Assembly: GCA_965644315.1 (NCBI GenBank)
Contig: CBFFRQ010000197.1
Span: forward strand, 1-52,669
DNA length: 52,669 nt
Reading direction: 5' to 3'
DNA from: Caecitellus pseudoparvulus
Taxonomy: Eukaryota; Protista; Bigyra: Bicosoecida
Part shown: positions 40,801 through 47,700 of the stretch, in pieces
Layout: each line of letters begins with the position of its first letter
Position numbering within the stretch: position 1 is the first letter of the stretch
Position numbers and translations under genes: made by a program
Notes under the pieces: generated by a model
Database searches by the model: none
Told to the model about the DNA's origin: nothing
The model's input: the letters and a program-made list of their open reading frames with translations, nothing else

Positions 40801-42163
40801 CGTATGCGTAGTCAAAAGAGGCATCGGCGCACGCCAAGCAGGACAAGAAGTCACTCATTTCAGCAGGTGTTTTCGAGGAAGAGCATGAGAGCACTTGGTA
40901 AGGGGCGGGAAACGAATCCTCTTCTGCCCGGGAATGCAACAGGCACCCAGCAAGGCAGCTCCGCAGCGACGCGCCGGCACACAGCTGCCAGGTGGCTTGG
41001 ATGGGATCAGGCTCCTCCGGGTACCGTTGTGCGCTTTGCAGGGCTTTAGCAAAAGCCTCAGCCGCCCAAATGAGTGCCTCACGTGCTGTGGTCACTTGCG
41101 CCAACGACTCACAGCTATCCGCCATAGAAGCTGCAACAGCGCTGCGGTTTTCACTAGCGAGGTCAATCCTTGCAGCCAACTCAAAAACCGCAACCAAAGA
41201 GTCCAAGTGCAAGTCCTTCTGAACTGCGGCTTTCACTGCATCGGGCTCAGACTCGCTCGTGCCCACTCCTGGGGCAGCACCGCCAGGAGCAGCCCTGTCC
41301 TTCGCCATGGTCAAAACCAGTTCGAGAAGGCCCAGCATCTGCAGTCGAGGCAAGTGGCACAGGCGTGGGGACAGAAGGCGAGCTTTCTCCAGCGCTTCTT
41401 TCCACGCTGTCAACTCCTCCTCCAAAGAGCCACAGAAAGCCTCCGTGGCCAGAAGCAAGTTGCCTTCGTCAGATTCCACTCTGAGTGGGATGTCTCCCAC
41501 CTTGGCCTGGTAGGCAGGATGCCCGAGCTGCTGTAAGTTGGACAACAGCTTCGCACAGAGCTGCGATGCTTCGTGGCTTGCAATGAAGTCATCAATCGCC
41601 GGATTCTTGACGGATGTCCGCGACAGTCGCGCAATGAACGCGTTCTCATTCAACTGCTGTGGGGAGAGCACAACGCTGGCTGATTCGCCTTGCGAGTACT
41701 TGAGCTGCACGCTTGCAGGACCACCCAGCGATGACGTTCGAGCGATGAAAGTTCCGCTTTCGACGAAAACGGGGGCTTGTAGCAGGATCACTGCAGAGCA
41801 ACTCGAGCCCAGTTGCTTCGACTCTGAGGCAACTGTCCCAGTGGGCCTCAGCTCTACATCAATTTCAGTGGAGAAAGTGTCTGCCGCCGCTTGGGCCAGG
41901 ACTTGTCGCGAGCCCTTGCTCGAGGCAGTTGCGCTGGAGCCTCGCACAGCCTCTGCATACTCGAAGACAGTGCCACCTGAGGTGACATACTTGTTGATGG
42001 GTTCCATCCAGCGCAGGATCCCGAGGGTAGGATGGCGAACTGAGTCCGAGTGGTGGCCGTGCTGACGAAAACGCCCAGACTCTTCGTCCCATTCAATTTC
42101 CGCAATCCGCGGGACAGCGCTCTCTTCCACGCCATGAACTAAAAAACCACCATCAGCTGCCAT
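28844..42163 (-). CDS. Giant RNF213 (mysterin)-like multi-AAA+ ATPase / putative E3 ligase, ~4,440 aa, single ORF
   Basis: Walker A motifs GGPGCGKT (40541-40564), GDTGVGKD (39077-39100), GPPGCGKT (37121-37144); Walker B LFIDELN and VVMDEAGL. RNF213-like segments MSNSILDAAKTNR, LRDF, MYDLLNYRY, VHQDFRLVV, PSPLLNRFSK. Likely start MAADGG at 42163. Confidence 0.88.
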   Translation of the reverse strand: MAADGGFLVHGVEESAVPRIAEIEWDEESGRFRQHGHHSDSVRHPTLGILRWMEPINKYVTSGGTVFEYAEAVRGSSATASSKGSRQVLAQAAADTFSTEIDVELRPTGTVASESKQLGSSCSAVILLQAPVFVESGTFIARTSSLGGPASVQLKYSQGESASVVLSPQQLNENAFIARLSRTSVKNPAIDDFIASHEASQLCAKLLSNLQQLGHPAYQAKVGDIPLRVESDEGNLLLATEAFCGSLEEELTAWKEALEKARLLSPRLCHLPRLQMLGLLELVLTMAKDRAAPGGAAPGVGTSESEPDAVKAAVQKDLHLDSLVAVFELAARIDLASENRSAVAASMADSCESLAQVTTAREALIWAAEAFAKALQSAQRYPEEPDPIQATWQLCAGASLRSCLAGCLLHSRAEEDSFPAPYQVLSCSSSKTPAEMSDFLSCLACADASFDYAYVLAPNTLPTTVLEQLAAAVAGQPLRVHVHLIFTSPAGVGMFTELPELPLCPEPSEAEIQSLTADIGKSMRHLAGLEVITGGPGCGKTSEALQKLSKVAGSNVSSFHVHEGFTADTLIEAYTTALCGDSSLKVWGLHLSLTEGADLALLDNILAHLALCNCLGDSAHGTVSGFRPGFKLHVVVELPAIVKHGKQPAWPPVAGTTEPRDHPFLPKLPSLSLLPATWTATHSGLQHIVIDETWRDACLAIGLASALGGATDPVHQAFQESVKDIREMGRLVRSKLPELTDDACRHILHQGLTSLDVLRALQSQPSAGGGWRTGTPTVGHLAAFVKVLSRLWRKLLEAGEHNAARIPPPEDQQMKRRGRGFVPAGTAPSIVNITPTPELFSLQKKHLKAFNSLAYGDESKGTEAMQGKIFALCIDDFWRPVLNVILSESCRVATDSSENVRYSSLFSSVMDTGVKALTDRENKVLDWSIMVSSRDRQEPPATVFGIDSSHPFVLSVCEDRAMDEVKLAHMRMAIAPTLGMLNTSLLQPALESRGFILTPFVLMNMLNVHQRCLSRQPVLMSGDTGVGKDFLMQAYSTVRNATFMQKLNVLPIIALAMRRYLVHATSAAVKAAPEDELDATVEHVTQRLAAIGRLRNVEEARAFVAGSEDSGAAAAQRVPHWAVPVLAESAFTFNLQTSSSAGDLSGAIQAVVEASEGEEQSSFVYMLLFVLAVVLEHSPALSKLIPPEVATLATGAVEHYMKSKAPAPIAMASVKDIKRAGLLPGMNFRDGLLKKLHEKTQELENARSGQEAPRRGSRVAAPKLSVTATMLSDAVRLVQAALTARPPPQFERHLMHDGVTPDVWRAIVNNAKANVQALTELASDGDDFVYVLFIDELNTAGALHMIAEAFSNHTMDGEPLPDALFLAGAINPHGFRAGESKSSVDQTHVPSRLPTGAAHAGAGASEHEHLATTSFVVKHLPSPLERLLVNSPKLTTGVEEAFIAGIKERIMQQASSGRLPNVVAQLRVGTGAALMQEEAGVMAAFQQGLDAFGSMLSFAQEKVRSYDLNRMHLSFRDLVRATNLFKWLLQLKVHPTLRGSSLLDKTRVANPFLPPGIHVTSTELLFAHVVQVALVAIGCVYWMRLPGEGHKGYDGSDLLDLRSDFSEALHEHCQGVGIVCEDVASTVSAATRHLFSKISFRPLGLAETVPLLENFFSAVLCVNVEPAMSLLITGPPGCGKTLAVGMCSENSQGRESGSPLFRQLKRMKVLNYQCSQATSAEEIEALYSTAYEQHAGHTRSGSAHTRLVVVMDEAGLPNEKQHALKAAHDTWDDPSGVPTILMSNSILDAAKTNRCMHVQQTAASSHDIRLLCSALLLLPRNRPSVSRVIVKADEPLEERLKRRIDLVCGIADAFQLVQDADWCFNWLHLRDFVYFCRFLRYELGQKPLDTLTPKVLLLALQRCMQVVESSPDAMSEFEAIARTFMDGRVASSSDVGGVAATPGCGFEVVMSREEVVDMKRQISAPELKPDILRAMESNIRAVFADDPSESPHRHTMIVDRSDTEAGVHWLFQRGILQQDLTIEVNVADLGVDAEQLRTAEVLRQVKAAAEGGKTLLLVNCNQVIFTAMYDLLNYRYHIISTGSGHAYYANITIGALSLAVAVHQDFRLVVHVPFWKLPELPSPLLNRFSKFSLSAAQILKASAHRYLESFEFLQGEVAAQSRLLQNVLHGVRDFVAFVCSSQPEAALTGFDSSETIPALILQVLSKAAKSGGTSPGMTDDALALELVERCNMELLSILRPDFVMQSGVLKRLPSAYIDVYMKEQEHFSGAQFLRNAIAASGRGSNARPLSLLTCRSSTGVLQLQQDEERASIMLGCPVVHVTKGHREVKWKEISDLGSGQPCAFVAALSDCPSAATAEHLVDEFLEVCSRVATADRSPDAVLPTLIFTINEHVHKGSHPQVALMKRILSRKWGSLHERLRVLQPRAVLVLHTGSDDRNLVERFPYVPTGLDWQHIVADAVDEVSESDAAAQASADAEAKQWLLAAAQRELSKDISWFKSRLRPSVESGVEEACSNLDASVMGMKAETLAKRGVVLSVAIYQGHPPKRAKSQQVMKRSVAHGVLLDALMDMFALVWKGLVGTLTSDAAEGVSSSAVTESMVVHLRRRLQDLSFGMVQAFLARSARDFGFEALCKLRTEGSSPLLLEFAAEAVKSVLNIEVGRHVSLTSVSRKQGLEKVPSPVVPAAAELPFGFTVLRSLKLVSDACKQRVEGLEEQFALARSLLAADGDVQLGFEHMQSCFELLQERDELMLLLSRDFLKLYCNVVEVDDVDFVSEGRHLQGFAQAVVPMMPREFDFLGNGLLKRVRALATQRIFPGSVPLTFFLRHRALTRFVSEAIASVYSSRLLGAAPVVPGSGAASGAGRILDAAQAAVEGLLDGPESESQVCEWLGRVATARQGPCRTAEGVCHDEQLFCKCAQVVCMSEVLMRAPEGILRLLTARIKAVATDPGLRGQLPLDIMLYVLGQYASLTADVPDGYLEEFRCMMSSAFLACFQWILPGCEGGFGSVSAKQAVIRAVLFMESGTPLTLSGREAPVSLLRLLNKDAPSALPCLARVQLLSQLHTHPGFSEQLEQVSFETSSATFMPTALSIALSRQVSALYGWEVAHLETHASYDLLVWMLAKHTSEHVLRIGPTNTCPLEPAAAEVLSSRHADARSNLDKARFAAQSLVFCELLAAKLGSNPDHESVRARPVKEAMKRLQGASPAWGAVVMAHIAGSERGYDRLTRVLAHEDILKDLGLEAWHLASFAESSEEAKAVCAEFVSTPLSADDFHDKLVALVKACSSKVLALRPALGRCAAGLKSHRCAHWLTSPTTQLILGLEAAAGDAKVKAEEGMELPGSLLAGAVLHELVDGQHGNSLHFATHIPVMLSFYQWCNEELPGKVSEAEAWELPMVDALSRERLDQVTVDVGRKKLDEFVRSWNLLQAAFGMYEAVCGHQAELEQSIPRISIGNEDGCKQLMVSDVLSFSFTQSEIDRALPLRMLRERLVKSQNAMMELDATRQLREMTALTGINRGGCLLEATLGSRALKHVASTAVSFRELVMHTGEVDPYVDQAEGEGAPLSLVDKLRRLIPFFLRWEADVEYNDVEPGHDSKALEEADILDQQKREAAFDEGRSTQQLMYEQKYSICPNPDCQRLMERTMYSDAGLCGQHSHESATETAARLEAERQSGKKRGCGTRFSYIAQRVPKPKADEPPLDLFLPEKYKLRLSSEEARAKWLAARTAASTDSQPFAAGHVRVDIENLARFLLPLIMRGKVRLDVSDLQEACRFKREVEQAATSAAEPEFDGQLNMELKFEPLLDQLEYQAEEVHEVPEAPEVSEEQSLLEEALLLCEEAGVEWKDSKLTALSLTDKQWRELVRTATDSVRKLLEEGILVASLRRKLFNGGPAQTSHKLRRLAVGSYKSLVRHFQKHLAKAKSHCALPDAIVEVVNERMRSIEDMSADGDAKVALSDLSMLKHLRDALAEASVSWLSQSSSESLLADNQFVHAALYGEKKPKISMAHILLGITQADGSASDGVLVGAFVPVTNAIQQLSQRLRTILQGVEDLKRSDSSGVNPRCRYAPKLLFASDASTPDFLDSAPIGHALAADEALKLDAHKQMREQEREAARLEPTGGQAMPQAQSRRGQAMPRPMRTGGRGSSHFLGGHPQAGTAAKKEQPMRRIGQPPGEMPLECEQDVVNALAHLKASALASGTLDDESMHLASRVREALDGDLRDVLSDFNVIQFTNGVDDLVEQHAPSSAGQESRSIKLSLTLLGASDPSSDSCFARSSQRSRIIRLTDSMLKSIPEFQAVALKGLKQRSAPSEHCFMLKWADIPTPVALNEANFAAFQTALRSPSESRFSVGVVSTDACMQTVPLLLLGLPGDGPAGRELEAQTEFELDIRVPVDVGAIFDLVHVPASSRDKFVVELCTSAGTKAPGSDLSGVVLQSIHVRPRQG

Positions 42164-42836
42164 AATCTGCACAGGGATGCAGCACGCGTCAGTTTTCCAG
42201 TTTATTGGCCGGATTCCCCCGAGGCAGCGCACAAAAGAAACCCGCAAGCGCCTACGACAAGCACTTGAGATACAAGCACGTGGGGAATCTAAACAACTCC
42301 GATGGCCGATGCCAGACACAGCAACGAGAAGCACTCAAAACATACGAACTGGATGATGCTTTCGGTCGGCTGCGCGCAGCAATCCGCAGGAAAGGGAGCT
42401 TGAAGTCTGCTGCACAGGGTAATCTTCAACTTCAACTACGCACCGGACGATGTGGAGGACACCGACGCACCTCACGGAGCTAGCAAGCTTCGATGAGGTG
42501 GGTGGAGGGAGTGCAATGCTTCATGATCAAATGGTCTGAAGCTTGTTGGTTTTTGAGTGGAAGGGAAGACTGCCCGCAGAGTTGGCCAACCTGAGGTGGT
42601 CAACACAGCTGCGGCAGCTTCACTCGAAGGGAAGATCCATGGGCAGCACGGACCGTGAGCGATTTGTTCATGGTATGATGTCTGCGGTGGTAATGCCTGG
42701 CAGTGTACATAGCTTGCTGCAGCGTCAAGGTCGGACCGTCAGCACGCTGCGACTTCAAGGTACCCACACAAGCCCTGGCCACTGCCTGGTTCGACGGGAA
42801 GCCACAGCACCAGTGCGGCAGAGGCGTTGGGAGTTC

Positions 42837-44108
42837 TCAAGACGCCCCGCACATCCTAATCAGCACTATGTCACGACGGGCGAGTCGCGTGCTGGTTCCG
42901 TACCATGCAGCGTCCCTCCCAGGCTGCACAGCCGCCTTGCCCACCGCTTGCCTCACCCCCAACGGTACTGCACGCTCACCGGTCAGGCCCAGCAGCTCGC
43001 GCGTGATGTCCCCTCGCTGACTTGCACACGCCAGTCGGAAGGCGGCGTGGCGTGTGCCCCATGCTGGCGCATGCACATCCACCTCTCGCTCTCCAGTCAG
43101 AGCCAACAGCTCGCGCACCACCTCAATTTGGCCATGTAGACAAGCAGCCCGAAAGCTAGCCTCAGGCCCGCTCCTGTCCGCAGCGTGTACATCTACTTCT
43201 CGCCCGCCAGTCAACCCAAGCAGCTCGCGCACCACTTGCAAGTGTCCAAGTTTGCACGCGGCTCGGAAACCTGCCTCAGCCCCAGCTACATCCATCGCAT
43301 GCACATCCACTGAACGGGCACCCCTCAGCGCCAATAGCATGCGAACGACCTCTACGTCACCGCTTGCACATGCTGCGCGAAACCCAGCTTCTGGTCCACT
43401 GCCGTCCCCTGCGTGGACATACACTGCCCTGCTTCCTTTGAGCGCCAGTAGCTCACGCACAACCTCCACACGCCCCCACGCGCACGCCAGCCGGAAGGCA
43501 TCTTCAGGACCATCAGTGTCTGCTGCGTGCACGTCCACCTTTCGAGCACCATTCAGAGACAGCAGCTCGCGCACCACACCTATGTGCCCATTCATGCATG
43601 CTCTTCGGAAGGCAGCTTCAGGCCCGGTTTCATCAGGAGCATGCACGTCCACTGCCCGGCTCCCACTCTGGGCAAGCAGCGCACGCACGGTGTCCAAGTG
43701 ACCGCGCGCACAAGCTTCTCGAAAGCCGGCCTCGGGCCCAGTTCGATCGGGCGCATGCACATCAACGGCACAGTCGCCAGCCAACTCCAACAACTGGCGC
43801 ACAACCTCCGCCTGGCCGTTGCCGCAGGCAAGGCGGAAACCATGCTCAGGGCCAGACCAGTTTCCAGTGTGCACATCCACTGCCCTGCTGCCGCTCAAGG
43901 CCAGCAATCTTTGCAGAAGGCGAACGTGGCCCACCCTGCAAGCCAGTAGGAAGGCCGCATTCGACTCCTCCCCGGTCAACCAGGCAAGCCCAGGTGTATC
44001 CTGTTGACTTGAACCCTCCATGGTCAAGAACAACGCCTCCGCTCTATGCCCTTTGCAGGCAGCCTTCCACTCTTCGGGGCTGCTGATGAGCTGAACCATG
44101 TGCGCCAT
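42837..44108 (-). CDS. Atypical ankyrin-repeat protein (intact, ~9 units)
   Basis: N-terminal EEWKAAC; repeats VDVHA.D..GPEA.FR.AC..GH..VVRELL.L.G.R; C-terminal GRDAAWYGTSTRLARRDIVLIR. Likely start MAHMVQ. Confidence 0.88.
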   Translation of the reverse strand: MAHMVQLISSPEEWKAACKGHRAEALFLTMEGSSQQDTPGLAWLTGEESNAAFLLACRVGHVRLLQRLLALSGSRAVDVHTGNWSGPEHGFRLACGNGQAEVVRQLLELAGDCAVDVHAPDRTGPEAGFREACARGHLDTVRALLAQSGSRAVDVHAPDETGPEAAFRRACMNGHIGVVRELLSLNGARKVDVHAADTDGPEDAFRLACAWGRVEVVRELLALKGSRAVYVHAGDGSGPEAGFRAACASGDVEVVRMLLALRGARSVDVHAMDVAGAEAGFRAACKLGHLQVVRELLGLTGGREVDVHAADRSGPEASFRAACLHGQIEVVRELLALTGEREVDVHAPAWGTRHAAFRLACASQRGDITRELLGLTGERAVPLGVRQAVGKAAVQPGRDAAWYGTSTRLARRDIVLIRMCGAS

Positions 44109-44778
44109 GGCGTGGTGAGCTACACCTTCGTTCGTGGCCGTCGTGTGAGCGTAGGATTCGCTAGAAGACACCGATTGGGACGCCGAATCAGCCCAACTAC
44201 AACTGGAAGGAAATCTGTGGTCTTGTTTTGTGCTCTTGGCCAGCAAAACTAGCCGAAGGCGGGTACTGCCACACTCCCCAAGCGTTGTCAAATTCCGCAA
44301 ATGTACCGGGCTTCTTGACGTGTGCAGGGTCTGTACTTTATGTTGTATCCGCCGACACTGCACGGCTGTGTATGAATTTTGGTGCATGGGGCGAAAGGCG
44401 TGCCATAGGCCTCATATTTTTACACCAGCGAACATCTTCAGAGAAATGTGTGGCTATTTCAATGGAGGTTTTAGAATCGCTGCAAAGCCGGGGTAAGGCT
44501 CATCATATTTCATCATGATGCATTGCATTCATGGTCATCACGCACGGTTGGGCAGAGTCCGGCCACCTTGCTCCTGCACACGTCAGTATGCTGGCCAACT
44601 CTCTCGCCTCCCTGGTGGATGGTGCTCCGACATGGTCACTCAGTGCTGTTCGCCGAGCTACTTTGGCGCGCACGACCTTTGCATAAACACAGTCCACCCT
44701 CTCCTCCCCTTCAATGAGCGAATGGTTTCGCGAGACACCTGCTGCCGAGCCAAGTGCCTCACCCTGACGACTAGGGGC

Positions 44779-47700
44779 TCACTCCCAGTCGTCGTCTCCC
44801 TCTCCATCCCGATGCACTTCCGTGTGCGCATCCTCTACGAGCGCGCCGACCAAGTCGAACCCGCCCTCAACATCAGCCGTTGAGCTGTCGCTATCCGAGT
44901 CTCCAGTTGACTCGTGGAAACCAAAAGCATGGATGACCGCGCGGTCTCCGGTGGCCTCAGTCTTGCGCCACACGGTTCCCTGCATCAAGCCGGAAGCAGC
45001 GCCAGCTGCCGCGTCGGCTGCAACAGCGGTTCGCAGGATCCAGGTTCCACGACGAAGTGTCGGGTCCACAATCGGCTCGCTCGTCTCCACACGTGACACC
45101 TCCTGACCGCGGTCCCCACTCACCACGTACTCAGTGCTCAGCTTCCAGGCACCGCTGGCCGGCACTGCCGTGCCAGGCGTCCACGCCAGCGCAACATCCT
45201 CGCCATCCTCCCCTGCCCCTTGGACGTACAGCGTGTCGTCCGCGAAGCGCCAGGCACCTGAGGCCGCATGCAGGGGCTGGTGGGAGGGCACGCGGTGGTG
45301 CTTGCCGGCTGCATCCTGCACCACCACAAAGTACGCCAAGCGCCACCTGCCGCGTGGCACGCTTCCCAGTGGATCGCTTTCCGGCACCACTTGGCGGTGC
45401 ACAACGTCACCTGAACCTGCTAGAAGCACCCTCACTGCGTCCGTTTCAGACAGTGCCTCTGATGCATCCGTCTCCTGGCTCACGGCACTCTGCAAGTTCC
45501 ACCTTGAAGACACTGTGGTCAAGGTCAGTTCGTCCGCCATGGCCTTGATCATTGCCTGTGTCACAGCGTCTGACTCGGAGTCTTCAGATGCATCTGAACT
45601 CTCGTCTGCGTCGACGACAGCCCACCTTGGGTTCCGGGCTGTAGACACAGCCCACCCGCCACTCGCAGGTGCTGGTTCAGGCTCGGCACCCAATGCGACA
45701 TACCTCCACTTACCGCTGGGAGCAGCCCCCACCATCGGCTCGCTCGTCTCCACACGTGACACCTCCTGACCGCGGTCCCCACTCACCACGTACTCAGTGC
45801 TCAGCTTCCAGGCACCGCTGGCCGGCACTGCCGTGCCAGGCGTCCACGCCAGCGCAACATCCTCGCCATCCCCGCCTGCCCCCTGGACGTACAGCGTGTC
45901 GTCCGCGAAGCGCCAGGCACCTGAGGCCGCATGCAGGGGCTGGTGGGAGGGCACGCGGTGGTGCTTGCCGGCTGCATCCTGCACCACCACAAAGTGCTCC
46001 ACATTCCAACGCCCACGCGTCCATCGAGTATCAGCACCAGTGTACACTGGTAGCTTGGCAGCTTGGTGGCCCTCATCATCCTCAAGCAATCGCCAGCCAA
46101 CGAGGGCGGTATCTGGCTTTGGCGGCTTGGCCATGGCCAGATCTGCTGGGCCTGCTGCCGCCTTTGGCTTCCCAAGCGGAGCCAGTGCCACCTTATTAGG
46201 AGTTGAGCGCCAAACCCCGCCTTGGCTCATGCGAGGGGTATAGGCCGCGACAGCTTCGTCCTCCGAGGATGATGACTCAGCGGCAAAAGCAAAGGCGTCA
46301 ATGACAGCGCCCCGTCCGGGGCCAGAGGACTCAGAGTCTGATGTGTCTTCGTCGACTGCCAGGAAGGCCCACCTACCGCTGGGAGCAGCCCCCACCATCG
46401 GCTCGCTCGTCTCCACACGTGACACCTCCTGACCGCGGTCCCCACTCACCACGTACTCAGTGCTCAGCTTCCAGGCACCGCTGGCCGGCACTGCCGTGCC
46501 AGGCGTCCACGCCAGCGCAACATCCTCGCCATCCTCCCCTGCCCCCTGGACGTACAGCGTGTCGTCCGCGAAGCGCCAGGCACCTGAGGCCGCATGCAGG
46601 GGCTGGTGGGAGGGCACGCGGTGGTGCATGCTGGCTGCATCCTGCACCACCACAAAATGTTCAGACTGCCATTCGCCGTATCGACCAGCTGCTTCAACGG
46701 AAGCAGGGTCCACGACCTCCAGACGAGCCACTTCCACCTGCTGGTCATCCTGCAGCACGCGCCAGCCAACAAGCACAGGCTCGCGTTGGTCCGGAACGTG
46801 CACGGTGCGAACTGGCTCCTCTTCCTCTTCACTGCTGAGGGTGCCCAGCACGTCATGCACCGCCAGCATGTCATCGCCTGGGATGGGAGCGACCCTGGAA
46901 GAAGACTCTTCGCCATCGCTGTCCTCAGAGTCACTCATGGGCTCAGGGGCAACCTTTGCGCCCTTTGGCGTGGGGTCAAAGTCCTTGAAGTGGCGGAACA
47001 AGTTAAGGCCAGGGTGCTCCTTGGCCTCTTCCACCAGCCAAATTGCTGTGCACACAGCAATGGCAACGAGAAGCAGCACCAGAGCAGTGATGGTCATGGG
47101 CTTTCCAGCTGCCAGCTGGTCAAAGTTGTCCACCACGGCTTCTGGTGCCTGGTCGTCTTCATACTCTGAGCCGTCAATGAGGTACACCAGGAAGAGCAAC
47201 CACACCGTCAGCGCCGACAGGAAGAACATGAACTGTGGCAGGCGCCGCAAGCGATGCAGTGTAAGCGGCGGGTTGCGTACAACCCAGACAAGGACACCGG
47301 ACAATGTGAGTCCAGCAACGACGAAGGCGGCGATCGGCACACTGCGAGCCAAGATAATGCCACAGTAGGCGACTGTGATCTTGGCTGCGACGAGAACCAG
47401 TGCGAAAGAAGGCGCCATCTGCACCTCCAACTTGTCCATCCAGCGCTTTGCCGCCTCTCTAAGCCAGGCACGTCGGGGCACACGAGGCAGCTGCCTTCCG
47501 TCAATGTCCAAGACGCTCAATGGTGCAATGTCCAAGTTCACTTCATCCCAGCGGAACTGGATGCTCAAGCTGGCAGCAGCGAGCGGGAGCACGATTGCAA
47601 GCAGAATGCCACTGACAACCATTGTGGCAATGTGCCTCCAGTGCCAGCAGGCAACCGGGAAGCACTGCAAGGCATCGGCACCGAACCTGTAGCCACCCCA

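Noticed and set aside
45071-46657. CRISPR-like repeat-spacer arrangement
   Set aside because: The repeats are 261 bp, in frame within a eukaryotic CDS, and there are no cas genes.
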